The notes under the pieces were generated by a model. That model did not search any database. It was not told the DNA's origin and was given only the letters and a program-made list of their open reading frames with translations. This document shows positions 8,108-16,344 of a DNA stretch of 22,147 bases, one piece after another; the first letter of the stretch is position 1, and each line of letters begins with the position of its first letter. Position numbers and translations under genes: made by a program. Origin of the DNA: Polyangiaceae bacterium (GTDB lineage: Bacteria; Myxococcota_A; Polyangia; Polyangiales; Polyangiaceae); the NCBI GenBank assembly GCA_044222475.1, contig JBGANF010000135.1, positions 1 through 22,147 of the forward strand. The letters are read 5' to 3'.

Positions 8108-9553
8108 TCACCAGGAGATCTGGACCTGCCCCGCGCCGGTGCGTTGCCCGGCCAACGTCGATCCGCCCGTCACTCCGCCGAGGTACGACGATCCGCCCGC
8201 GCCGCTCGCGCCGGTGTAGTTGCCGGCGTAGGTCCCCGAGTTTCCCGTCGCTCCACCTCCCGCCGCGCCTGCCGCGCCGGTGTTGCTTCCGGCTTGGGCG
8301 CTCGACAGCTCGGTACCGCCGTTGCCACCCGTGCCGAGACTTCCCGCGGTGCCGTTGTTCCCCGACGAGTACGACGACGTCCCCGCACCGCCGCCCGCGA
8401 CCTGCGTGCCTCCGGTCGGGAGCACTCCCCCCGTGTCGGGCCAACCTGCTCCGCCACCGCCGCCGTAGTAGCCGCCGCCTCCGGCGCCACCGCCTCCGCG
8501 TCCACATCCCGAGATGCGGTTACCCGCCGCGCCACCACCACCCGCGCCGACGATGACACGATCACTCAACGCGGTACCGGGCGTACGCACGTCCGACGCG
8601 CCGCCACCGCCACCGCCGGCCGCCGTCGCACACGGATGCGCCGCTGCGGAGCCGCCGCCGTTGAAGCCCGCCGCCGTCCCGACGCCGCCGCCACCGCCGA
8701 CGTACACGTTGAGCACTTGCCCGGACGTCACCGTCAGCGCTCCGGTCGCTTGGCCGCCGAGCCCGCCCGCGACGCTCTGCGCGTTCGACTTGCCTTGCCC
8801 GCCCCACACGGTGAGCGTGACCTGGACCACGCCGCCGGGAACGGTGAAGGTCTGCGCGGCCCCCGTGTACGCGAACGTCACCGAGCCCTTGCACGCGACG
8901 GCGACGTTGGTGACGGCGGTGCCACCCATCGTTCCGCCACCGTTGGTCACGGTGCACGTGATGCCGGCCGGCTGGGTGAGCACCGTCACGGCGTACGGCT
9001 TTCCGCTCCCGACTTTGGTCGCGAAGGTGAATGGGCCGCTGTCGGTGAGGGTGAGATCGTCGGCGCCGTTGTCTTGGAGCACGAGCGTCTGGCCCTTCGG
9101 AAGCCCGGTCACCGTGCCGCCCACCGTCGACGAGGCGGCGGTGCATGCGACCGCCACGTTCGTGATCTTCGCTCCCGCGATATTTCCCGAGCCGTTCGTC
9201 ACCGCGCAACTCTGGTTGCTCGGTTGCGTCTTCACCGTGACCGCGTAGGACGCGCCGTCGGCGAGGCCGGTCGCGAACGTGAACGCGCCGTCGGCGCTGA
9301 CCGCGAGATCGTCGGCGGCGTTGTCTTGAAGGACGAGCCCCGTGCCCGTGAGCCCCGTCACGGATCCACCGACTGTGAAGCCCTTCGTGGAGCCGTCGCC
9401 GCCGCTTCCGCCGTCGTTGCCGCTCCCGCCGTCGACGCCGGACGCGTCTCCTACGGGGATGCCACTATCATCCAGCGGCGTCGTGATGATGCCGTTCGCG
9501 CAGGCCGCGAGCACGAGGGGAAGGAGGGACGCGAAGCGAAGGGGGCGCAGCAT
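8108..9553 (-). CDS. Lipoprotein with two tandem 'TVGG.VTGL' beta-sandwich repeats and a C-terminal ALK/LTK-type glycine-rich domain, 481 aa
   Basis: MLRPLRFASLLPLVLAAC lipobox. Two ~80-aa repeats (TVGG.VTGL..LVLQDN..DDL..F.F.T..Y.VTV.TQP..C.VTNG.G..TNVAVAC). Then TFAYTGAAQTFTVP..WGGQG..VYVGG..GFNGGG..GGGASDVR..RVIVGAGGGG. TAGAAT lies 7 nt upstream of ATG 9553. Confidence 0.85.
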   Translation of the reverse strand: MLRPLRFASLLPLVLAACANGIITTPLDDSGIPVGDASGVDGGSGNDGGSGGDGSTKGFTVGGSVTGLTGTGLVLQDNAADDLAVSADGAFTFATGLADGASYAVTVKTQPSNQSCAVTNGSGNIAGAKITNVAVACTAASSTVGGTVTGLPKGQTLVLQDNGADDLTLTDSGPFTFATKVGSGKPYAVTVLTQPAGITCTVTNGGGTMGGTAVTNVAVACKGSVTFAYTGAAQTFTVPGGVVQVTLTVWGGQGKSNAQSVAGGLGGQATGALTVTSGQVLNVYVGGGGGVGTAAGFNGGGSAAAHPCATAAGGGGGGASDVRTPGTALSDRVIVGAGGGGAAGNRISGCGRGGGGAGGGGYYGGGGGAGWPDTGGVLPTGGTQVAGGGAGTSSYSSGNNGTAGSLGTGGNGGTELSSAQAGSNTGAAGAAGGGATGNSGTYAGNYTGASGAGGSSYLGGVTGGSTLAGQRTGAGQVQISW

Positions 9554-9649
9554 GAGACACATTCTAGCGCGTGGAGTCCGTTCCCGAAGGGACGAAAACC
9601 GCCGCCGCGAACCAGAGTGCCCCGCGGCGTCTGCTAGAGTCGATGCTGC

Positions 9650-10462
9650 ATGAAATGGCTTCTCTTCTTCACGACGACGCTCGTCGGGCTCGGTGCCTCC
9701 TGCGGCGGTCTGATCGCCGAGCCGACCCCGACGCCGCCGGACGACGCCCCGATGTGTCATCGTGCCCACGACCTCCAAGCCGGCGAGCCGCCCGCGTGCC
9801 CTCCTCGCGGGATCGAGTTCACGAACACCACGGACGATCCGGCGTACATCGCCGGCACCGTCACCGTCCGTCACGTCATCGACGAGTCCGACCTCACGGA
9901 CTACAAGGTCTACTTCGGCACGTCGCCCACCGAGAAGGTCGGCACGCGCGTCAAGCAGCTCGACGCGAAAGGCATCGATGTCTCGTTCACGTTCAACGAC
10001 AACGTGAAGGTTCCCGCCGGAGTCGGATATCTCATCGCGGTCTCGTGCAACGCCAACGGCGAGACGGGCTTCGTCTCGGTGCCGATCGGGGGCGTCGACG
10101 CGGGAACCAGGAAGGACGGCGGCATTTGTCACTCGTCGCACGACATCGACGGCCCGCCGGTCTGCCCGCCGCTCGGGATCGAGTTCACGAACACGTCGAA
10201 CGATCCGACGCTGATGGCGGGCACCGTCACCGTCCGTCACGTCATCGATGAGGCCGACATCATTTGCTACAAAGTCTACTGGGGAAAGTCGCCGACCGAG
10301 AGCGTGGGCACTTGGCTGAAAGACCTCCAGGCGAATGGTACCGATCCGTCGTTCACGTGGAAGGTCAGCGACCAGGTGAAGCGGCCGGCTGGCGTCGACT
10401 ATCTCCTCGCGGTGTCGTGCAACTCGAATGGGGAAACGGGCTACGCGGCCGTGAAGCTCTGA
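9650..10462 (+). CDS. Lipoprotein made of two tandem ~110-aa beta-rich (FN3-like) domains
   Basis: MKWLLFFTTTLVGLGASC lipobox. Duplicated unit CH..H..PP.CPP.GIEFTNT..DP...AGTVTVRHVIDE.D...YKVY.G.SPTE.VGT..PAGV.YL.AVSCN.NGETG. An extended -10 (TGcTAGAGT, 9632-9640) lies upstream. Confidence 0.85.
   Translation: MKWLLFFTTTLVGLGASCGGLIAEPTPTPPDDAPMCHRAHDLQAGEPPACPPRGIEFTNTTDDPAYIAGTVTVRHVIDESDLTDYKVYFGTSPTEKVGTRVKQLDAKGIDVSFTFNDNVKVPAGVGYLIAVSCNANGETGFVSVPIGGVDAGTRKDGGICHSSHDIDGPPVCPPLGIEFTNTSNDPTLMAGTVTVRHVIDEADIICYKVYWGKSPTESVGTWLKDLQANGTDPSFTWKVSDQVKRPAGVDYLLAVSCNSNGETGYAAVKL
9755..10459 (+). repeat. Intragenic tandem duplication (units start at 9755 and 10127)
   Basis: An identical 29-nt block, GGCACCGTCACCGTCCGTCACGTCATCGA, occurs at 9854-9882 and 10220-10248. 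GGGATCGAGTTCACGAACAC is also shared by both units. Confidence 0.9.
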
Positions 10463-10496
10463 CGCAGCAGCCGTCGCGCGCCGATGCCTAGGATGA

Positions 10497-10604
10497 CTAA
10501 CTAGGCCCTTCTTCACCGCTGACTCGAACGAGCAGAAGCGCACGTTGCGCTTCCTTGGGGCATGCCGAGAACGCCAGCGCCGCGACGACGACCCACACCC
10601 GCAT
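10497..10604 (-). CDS. Small putative lipoprotein (35 aa), or a truncated remnant
   Basis: MRVWVVVAALAFSACPKEAQRALLLVRVSGEEGPS*, with a signal-like N-terminus and Cys15. TAGCCT lies 6 nt upstream of the ATG. Not in the ORF track. Confidence 0.45.
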   Translation of the reverse strand: MRVWVVVAALAFSACPKEAQRALLLVRVSGEEGPS

Positions 10605-10769
10605 GAGCCCAGGCTACGCCATCGTCCCCTCGAGCGAGCGCGCGAAGAAGCGCTCCGCGGCTCCCTGGCCCGTCGTCGCCCGGCGGCCCAGTGCTCGGTT
10701 TGAGATCAGCGTCGTTTCACCTACGCTCACCACCGAAGACCTCGGAAAAGCAGAGATGCGCTGACTACC

Positions 10770-11480
10770 GTGCCGACCGTCGATCCCTATGCACCGCCAA
10801 AGGCGCGGAAGCGGAAACGCAAGCGACGCGAGGAGGTCCCCGCGCGAGAGATCCGGTCTACGCACACGGTGGGCCTCGTCGCGATCGTACTCTTCGCGGC
10901 CCAGCTCTCCTTGCAGGGGATCGTCCACGTCATCGATCTCGTCAGCTTCTCCGACATCGAGGCGCGGCAGGTTTCGGAAGCGGCCGTCACCGCCGAGCAG
11001 GTTGCGTCGCGTATCGGCACCGCATGTCGGCTCATCGGCATCGTCTTCTTCCTCATTTGGATCTACCGCGCCGCCGCGAACGCTCGCGACCTTAGGCCCG
11101 AAGCAACGGAAATCCGACCGGGATTGGCCGTCGGCAGCTTCTTCATTCCCGTCGCCATGTTGTGGATGCCCTATCGATCCATGTCCGAGATCGTCCGTTG
11201 GTCCAACCCGAATTCCACGGGAATCACGCCGCCCATCGTCCTTGGGTGGTGGCTCGCGTTCCTCGGCGGCAACGTGTGTCGATCCATCGGCGGACGACTC
11301 GACGACCTCACGGCGCTCCTCGGCTTCGGCGCGCTCTCGACTGGCCTGCTCACGGTGGCGCTCGTTCTCCTCGCGCGCCTGATGCGCGGCGTCGAAGGCG
11401 GCCAAGCGGAGCTCGCGAAGCAGCCTAAAGAAGTCGTCGTGCCTTCACTTCCAGATAGCGCTTCACCAACTCCGGAGTGA
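10770..11480 (+). CDS. DUF4328-like integral membrane protein
   Basis: FFLIWIYRAAANAR..GLAVGSFFIPVAMLWMPYRSMSEIVR..VLGWWLAF pattern, about four TM segments, N-terminal DPYAPP plus a basic run. Confidence 0.8.
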   Translation: MPTVDPYAPPKARKRKRKRREEVPAREIRSTHTVGLVAIVLFAAQLSLQGIVHVIDLVSFSDIEARQVSEAAVTAEQVASRIGTACRLIGIVFFLIWIYRAAANARDLRPEATEIRPGLAVGSFFIPVAMLWMPYRSMSEIVRWSNPNSTGITPPIVLGWWLAFLGGNVCRSIGGRLDDLTALLGFGALSTGLLTVALVLLARLMRGVEGGQAELAKQPKEVVVPSLPDSASPTPE

Positions 11481-12732
11481 GGTCGTCGGGGCGCGCATCG
11501 ATGACGAGCACTCCACTCCGCCGCAACGTGCGCAGCACGTTCTGACGCTGACCGATCACCTCGGCCGCGGCGGCGCGCACGTAGAGGTCCGAGGCATCTC
11601 GTGCACGTCCACCAGCGAGCGACTCGACCTCCGTGTCGCGCAACAAGACGCACAAGGGAAGATGCCGCGGCATCAATCCGCGAAATGACTCGGCGAGATC
11701 CGTCGCCGATTGCGGGTCGAGCAGATGAGTGAAGACGACGAACAGCGAGCGAGAGCGCACCTGCGCGGCGAGAAACGTCATCGCCGCGCGAAAGTCGGTC
11801 GCGGTGACGGTCGCCTCGACGTCGAACGCCGCACGCGTGAGCTTCTGCGCGCCGCGGCGACCGGCGCTCGGTGCCAAGAACTTCGTCGGGCGGTCGGCGA
11901 ATACGAGTAGACCAGCCTTGTCGCCACCGCGAATCGCAACGTCGGCTGCGAGCAGCGCTGCGTTCAGCGCGAGATCAACGTGCGTCGTTCCTTCGCTCTC
12001 TCCGCGCATCCCACGGCCGACGTCGATCGCAAAGACGACGTTCTGGTTGCTCTCGGCCTGGTACTGACGCACGGTCGGATCGTCGCGTCGTGCCGATGCC
12101 CGCCAGTCGATGTGGCGTACGTCGTCGCCGACTTGATACGGGCGCAGCCGCTCGAACTCCGTGTCGCCACCACGCACCCGGAGCGATCCGAGTCGCGCGT
12201 CCTGGCGCCCCTGCCGTCGAAGAAGCTCGAGCGCGCGCGCCGCATGAACGTTCGGATAGACGGCGGCGGATGCGGGAAGCGGGACGTGATCGACGCGCGC
12301 GACGAGCCCGAGGATCGATGGATGACGCACGCTCACGGCACCGAACGTGCGCGGCCCGCGTCGCATCGGAACGACATCGTACGTCAGCTCCACCGTGTCG
12401 TGCGGGCCCACGTCGAAAGCGATCGGCTCGCCTCCGCCGCTGGCCGCCTCGATTGGATCGTCGGCGACGACCCCACGCAAAGTGCGCCGTCCCACGTTCC
12501 TGACCCTGAGCACGATTGGATTCTTCCGTCCGATGGAAAGGATGTCCGGCGCGGTGCGCTCGAGCTCCACCGCGCGCCGACGAACGAAGAGCGCGTCGAC
12601 CATGACGAGCGCGACGAGCAGTCCATCCAAGAGGTAGAGCGCCGGCGCAATTCGCGGCGATAGGCCAGCGAGCAACGCCGCGACCACGACGGCGAGCGCG
12701 AGCCATGCGAGCCGACGTTCGGGGACGATCAT
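11425..12732 (-). CDS. DUF58 domain / vWA-like MoxR partner protein
   Basis: EFERLRPYQVGDDVRHIDWRASAR, VRQYQAE, IDVGRGM (MIDAS-like position), GDKAGLLVF, C-terminal YLEVKARRLL and two N-terminal TM helices. Confidence 0.92.
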   Translation of the reverse strand: MIVPERRLAWLALAVVVAALLAGLSPRIAPALYLLDGLLVALVMVDALFVRRRAVELERTAPDILSIGRKNPIVLRVRNVGRRTLRGVVADDPIEAASGGGEPIAFDVGPHDTVELTYDVVPMRRGPRTFGAVSVRHPSILGLVARVDHVPLPASAAVYPNVHAARALELLRRQGRQDARLGSLRVRGGDTEFERLRPYQVGDDVRHIDWRASARRDDPTVRQYQAESNQNVVFAIDVGRGMRGESEGTTHVDLALNAALLAADVAIRGGDKAGLLVFADRPTKFLAPSAGRRGAQKLTRAAFDVEATVTATDFRAAMTFLAAQVRSRSLFVVFTHLLDPQSATDLAESFRGLMPRHLPLCVLLRDTEVESLAGGRARDASDLYVRAAAAEVIGQRQNVLRTLRRSGVLVIDARPDDLTPELVKRYLEVKARRLL

Positions 12733-13685
12733 GCCTTGGCGCGCGGGACCGGCGTGGCTTTGATGATCGCCTCGATGCGGTCATCCGCCGTCACGCCTTG
12801 GAGTTGGGCATCGGGATGGAGGAGGACGCGATGACGCAAGACCGGGAGTGCCATCGGCTTCACGTCATCGGGGATGACGAAGTCGCGCTGCTCGCCCGCG
12901 GCGCGCACTTGAGCGACGCGCATGAGCGCGAGCGACGCGCGCGGCGATGCTCCCACCTCAATCGAACGATCTTCGCGGGTGCGCCGCACCAAATCGACGA
13001 TGTAGTTGATGATGGCATCGTCCACGCGAATCCGCTGCGCGAACGCCTGCATCTCGACCATCTCGGCAGGAGACGACACTGCCGTGAGCTCGAGCTTGTC
13101 GGGATCGAAACCCTCGACCTGGCGTCTCACGATCGCCTCTTCGACGTCGCGCGGCGGATCTTCGACCGAGAGCTTGAGCAAGAAGCGATCGAGTTGAGCT
13201 TCGGGGAGTGGATACGTTCCTTGCGACTCGATCGGGTTTTGAGTGGCGACCACGGTGAACGGCGACGGCAGCGAGCGGGTCGTCCCTCCTTCAGTCACGG
13301 TGCGATCCTGCATCGCCTCGAGCAGTGCGCTCTGGGTCTTCGCGGGCGCGCGGTTGATCTCGTCGGCGAGGATCAGCTCGGCGAAGATCGGGCCCGGCAC
13401 GAACCGAAGCTCACTGGTCTGTCGATCGAAGATCGAAGAGCCGGTGATGTCGCTCGGCATGAGGTCGGGGGTGAACTGCAAGCGCTTGAAGACGCAGCCG
13501 CTCGACGCGGCGAACGCCCGAGCAACGAGCGTCTTGCCCAGACCGGGCGCACCCTCGATGAGGACGTGTCCGCGGGCGAGCATCGCGACGATGACACCAT
13601 CGACGAGGTCGTCTTGTCCGACGACTGCGCGTGCGATCTCGCTCTTGAGCTTGGAATACCTGGAGGCAAAGTCTTCGGGGTTCAC
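12729..13685 (-). CDS. moxR: MoxR-family AAA+ ATPase, 318 aa
   Basis: Walker A GAPGLGKT, RLQFTPDLMPSDITG, Walker B LADEINRAPAKTQSALLEAMQ, ATQNPIE.GTYPLPEAQLDRF and GASPRA. GTG 13685 overlaps the upstream stop. Confidence 0.96.
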   Translation of the reverse strand: MNPEDFASRYSKLKSEIARAVVGQDDLVDGVIVAMLARGHVLIEGAPGLGKTLVARAFAASSGCVFKRLQFTPDLMPSDITGSSIFDRQTSELRFVPGPIFAELILADEINRAPAKTQSALLEAMQDRTVTEGGTTRSLPSPFTVVATQNPIESQGTYPLPEAQLDRFLLKLSVEDPPRDVEEAIVRRQVEGFDPDKLELTAVSSPAEMVEMQAFAQRIRVDDAIINYIVDLVRRTREDRSIEVGASPRASLALMRVAQVRAAGEQRDFVIPDDVKPMALPVLRHRVLLHPDAQLQGVTADDRIEAIIKATPVPRAKA

Positions 13686-15550
13686 GGGTTCCTTCGGGCA
13701 GGTCGGTGGAAGAGGGTCTCGTGGACGTCCACGAGTCGAGCGAGGAGCGCGAGCGCATCGAAAGGCGGGAGCTTGGCGTCGCTCGTGCGATCGAGGAGCT
13801 TCGCGCACTCCTCGACGGAGCGGCCGGTGCGATGTGCAACGTACGCCGCCGCGTCGGTGCCGCGCGGAAGTGACTCGTGAAGTCGGTCGTCGAACATGCG
13901 CGCGTAGGCGGTGAGAGCGTGGTTCGCGACGCCGACGCGCGCGTAGAGGCGCCCCGTTGCTTCCACGTGCTCCGCGAACGCGCGACGCACGGGCGGCGGC
14001 ATCGGCTTCGCGCGCGCGAGTCGAACGCCGAACGCGGCGAACAACAGCAGCGCTGCGATCGCCGCGTGGGCGAGCCCTAAGCCGAACCCGGCGTTGGCGA
14101 GGCTGTCGAGCGGCGATGACGGCCCCTCGACCCCATCGGCATCGGACGCGATCCACAGCGAGCGGGACTTCACCGGCGCGAGGATGGTGAGCGCGATCTC
14201 GGCGTTCTCGCGATGCGCGATTCCGACGTCGACGAAGACCTCGTCGCTGGCGACGCCGATGACCGCACCGCGATCCCACTGCCACCAGGTGGCGTACGTG
14301 AGCTCGTCACCGGTCGAAGCGAGAGGAGCCTCGACGCCCGCCTTCGTCCAGAAGCCCGTCGGCGTCGCTACCGCACCGAAGTACATCTCCGTGGAGCCAC
14401 TCTTCGATGCCGTCACTACGCGCGACGACCCGGGAACGGTGGCCACGCCGAGGTCACTCGGCCAGAGCTCCGGATGGCCCAGAAGAATCAACGTTCCGCC
14501 GGCGCGAACCCACGTGACGAGATGCGCGCGTGCGTCCGCATTGGGATGAACGCGCGAAAGATCGACGAGGAGCGCAGGTGGCGCCTTCTCCGACGGATCC
14601 GGGAGCGGCAACCGTGCGAGCCGCGTCGGCGGCGACCCAACGGCAATCCCTTGGTGCTCGAGCGCAGTGGTGAGAAGCGCGGTGCCCAGAGGATCTGCTG
14701 CTGGCGTCGCCTCGCGCGCGGAGCCATCGCGCGCGGACAGCGCGAGCACGACCGCGACCGCAGCCGCCACGCCCTTCACGAGCTTGGTCGCGCGTTTGCG
14801 TGCGGTCTCCACGTGCTCGCCCGTCGGAGTGACTCCACCGAACTTCACCGACTCGACGGTGGCGACGATCTGCCGGAGCGCATCGCGCGCGTCACGTTCG
14901 CGACATGCACGAACGTATTCGCCGTTCGTGCGCTCGGACGCCATCCGGATCGCCCCCCGCTGCTCGAGCGCGCGGAGAGCAGCATCGAGATACATGTAGA
15001 TCGCACCCTCGAGATCGCCCGCGTCTTCGCGGGTGCGCGCTTCGCCGAGAAGATCGCGCGGCGCGCCCGGGCCTCGATCTTCCCGGCGGTCCGCAGCGAG
15101 AGGCGCGTCGGTGTCGAGCGACCCGAGCGCCGCGCGCTCGCGACGCGCGCGAATGATCGCAGATGCCGCCGACGTACCGAGCGCGATCGCGAGCACTGCG
15201 ACGAGCAGCCAAAACGCGACATAGCCGAATGCATCGAGCCCGGAACCCCCGCTGCGCGCCGGCTCGTCTTCTCGATGATCGGATGCAGAGGCGGTGACGG
15301 ACGCCGACGCAGCTGCCGCCGCTGCTCGGCAGGTGTCGGCGAGTGCGGGACAGTCGAGGCCATCGTCGACGAGCGGACACAAGTTGCGCGCATTCGTGCC
15401 GAGGCTTGCCCCTTTCGAGCAAAACGCAGGGGGATGTTCTCGTGCATCTGCGCGCACGTCGACGCCAGCCTTGCCGGGATCCAACGCTGCGCTCGCAGGA
15501 ACCGCGAACACGACGAGCGCGAGGACGGCGAACAGCGACACGCGCTTCAT
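13682..15550 (-). CDS. Membrane protein fusing DUF4129-like and DUF4350-like domains, 622 aa
   Basis: Signal MKRVSLFAVLALVVFAVPASA, then a TM. DUF4129-like: A..GDLEGAI..Y..AL..L..RG.I....RTNGEY..VKFGG. After another TM, DUF4350-like: GTALL..L..QGI, WVRAGGTLIL, NAEIAL, RRAFAEHVEATGRLYAR. ATG 15550 overlaps the upstream TGA. Confidence 0.78.
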   Translation of the reverse strand: MKRVSLFAVLALVVFAVPASAALDPGKAGVDVRADAREHPPAFCSKGASLGTNARNLCPLVDDGLDCPALADTCRAAAAAASASVTASASDHREDEPARSGGSGLDAFGYVAFWLLVAVLAIALGTSAASAIIRARRERAALGSLDTDAPLAADRREDRGPGAPRDLLGEARTREDAGDLEGAIYMYLDAALRALEQRGAIRMASERTNGEYVRACRERDARDALRQIVATVESVKFGGVTPTGEHVETARKRATKLVKGVAAAVAVVLALSARDGSAREATPAADPLGTALLTTALEHQGIAVGSPPTRLARLPLPDPSEKAPPALLVDLSRVHPNADARAHLVTWVRAGGTLILLGHPELWPSDLGVATVPGSSRVVTASKSGSTEMYFGAVATPTGFWTKAGVEAPLASTGDELTYATWWQWDRGAVIGVASDEVFVDVGIAHRENAEIALTILAPVKSRSLWIASDADGVEGPSSPLDSLANAGFGLGLAHAAIAALLLFAAFGVRLARAKPMPPPVRRAFAEHVEATGRLYARVGVANHALTAYARMFDDRLHESLPRGTDAAAYVAHRTGRSVEECAKLLDRTSDAKLPPFDALALLARLVDVHETLFHRPARRNP

Positions 15551-16344
15551 GCTTCGTCTCCGGCTGCGCGCGCGCGCTCCGCTCGCCATCGTGCGGCGAG
15601 CGCGGCAAAGCGCATCTGTACGTCCCACCCCTCTTCGCGCGTGCGCGCGTCCAAGTAGAGGAGGAAGCGCGCCGTCGCCAAGTACGGCACGAAGATCCAG
15701 AACCCAATGCGCCCGAAAGGGTGACCACTCCACTCGATCGCGCCGTTCACCTGCAGCACGTCGACGAGGAAGAGGCGACCCGCAAGCTCAGCGAGCACGA
15801 TGACGCCCACCTGCAGGAGAGTCACGAGCACGACGGATAGGACGACCTCACCGCGTTGACGCGAGCCGATCTCGTTGGCTCGCGACGCAGCTGCAGTAGG
15901 CCCGCTCTTCTCGAGGAGAACGACTTCCGGCACGAAGAACAACGCAGACGCCGGCCAGAGCGCCGGCAGCACGCCGACGAGGCCCGCGAAGAACGCGAGC
16001 GCACCTTGGATGAGGCGCGCGCCGATGATGCGTCCACTCGCGGAGACGGAGTCGGAGAGGAGCCGCCCGACCAAGACGCGGTCTTCGAAGACCACCCGCG
16101 ACGCAAGGAGCGTGAATGGCATCTGCGCGAGGAGCCCACACGTGAGCGCCAACAGCCACGCCTTGCCCTCGCCGAAGAACGCCGCCGTGAGCTCCGTGAG
16201 GACGGCGAGTGGTACGAGCACGAACAGCGCGGTGCGCGCGTAGATGCGTGCGTGGGCGGACACGAAACGCACCGCTAAGTCCAAGACCTCGATGACGGTG
16301 CGCTCGCGGAGGACGAGCTTGGTGGTGGGAACGCCCGTGCTCAT
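15547..16344 (-). CDS. Conserved integral membrane protein of RDD/SpoIIM/MoxR operons
   Basis: LRERTVIEVLDLAVR at the N-terminus, PEVVLLEK..AA..R, and C-terminal LLYLDARTREEGWDV; multiple TM helices. Confidence 0.8.
   Translation of the reverse strand: MSTGVPTTKLVLRERTVIEVLDLAVRFVSAHARIYARTALFVLVPLAVLTELTAAFFGEGKAWLLALTCGLLAQMPFTLLASRVVFEDRVLVGRLLSDSVSASGRIIGARLIQGALAFFAGLVGVLPALWPASALFFVPEVVLLEKSGPTAAASRANEIGSRQRGEVVLSVVLVTLLQVGVIVLAELAGRLFLVDVLQVNGAIEWSGHPFGRIGFWIFVPYLATARFLLYLDARTREEGWDVQMRFAALAARWRAERARAAGDEA

Noticed and set aside
9755..10145. Heme c binding sites at CHRAH/CHSSH
   Set aside because: The first Cys of CxxCH is missing in both repeats.
9554..10543. 811-aa version of the glycine-rich protein
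   Set aside because: The extension is the antisense shadow of the 9650-10462 gene. A lipoprotein signal and -10 element define the start at 9553.
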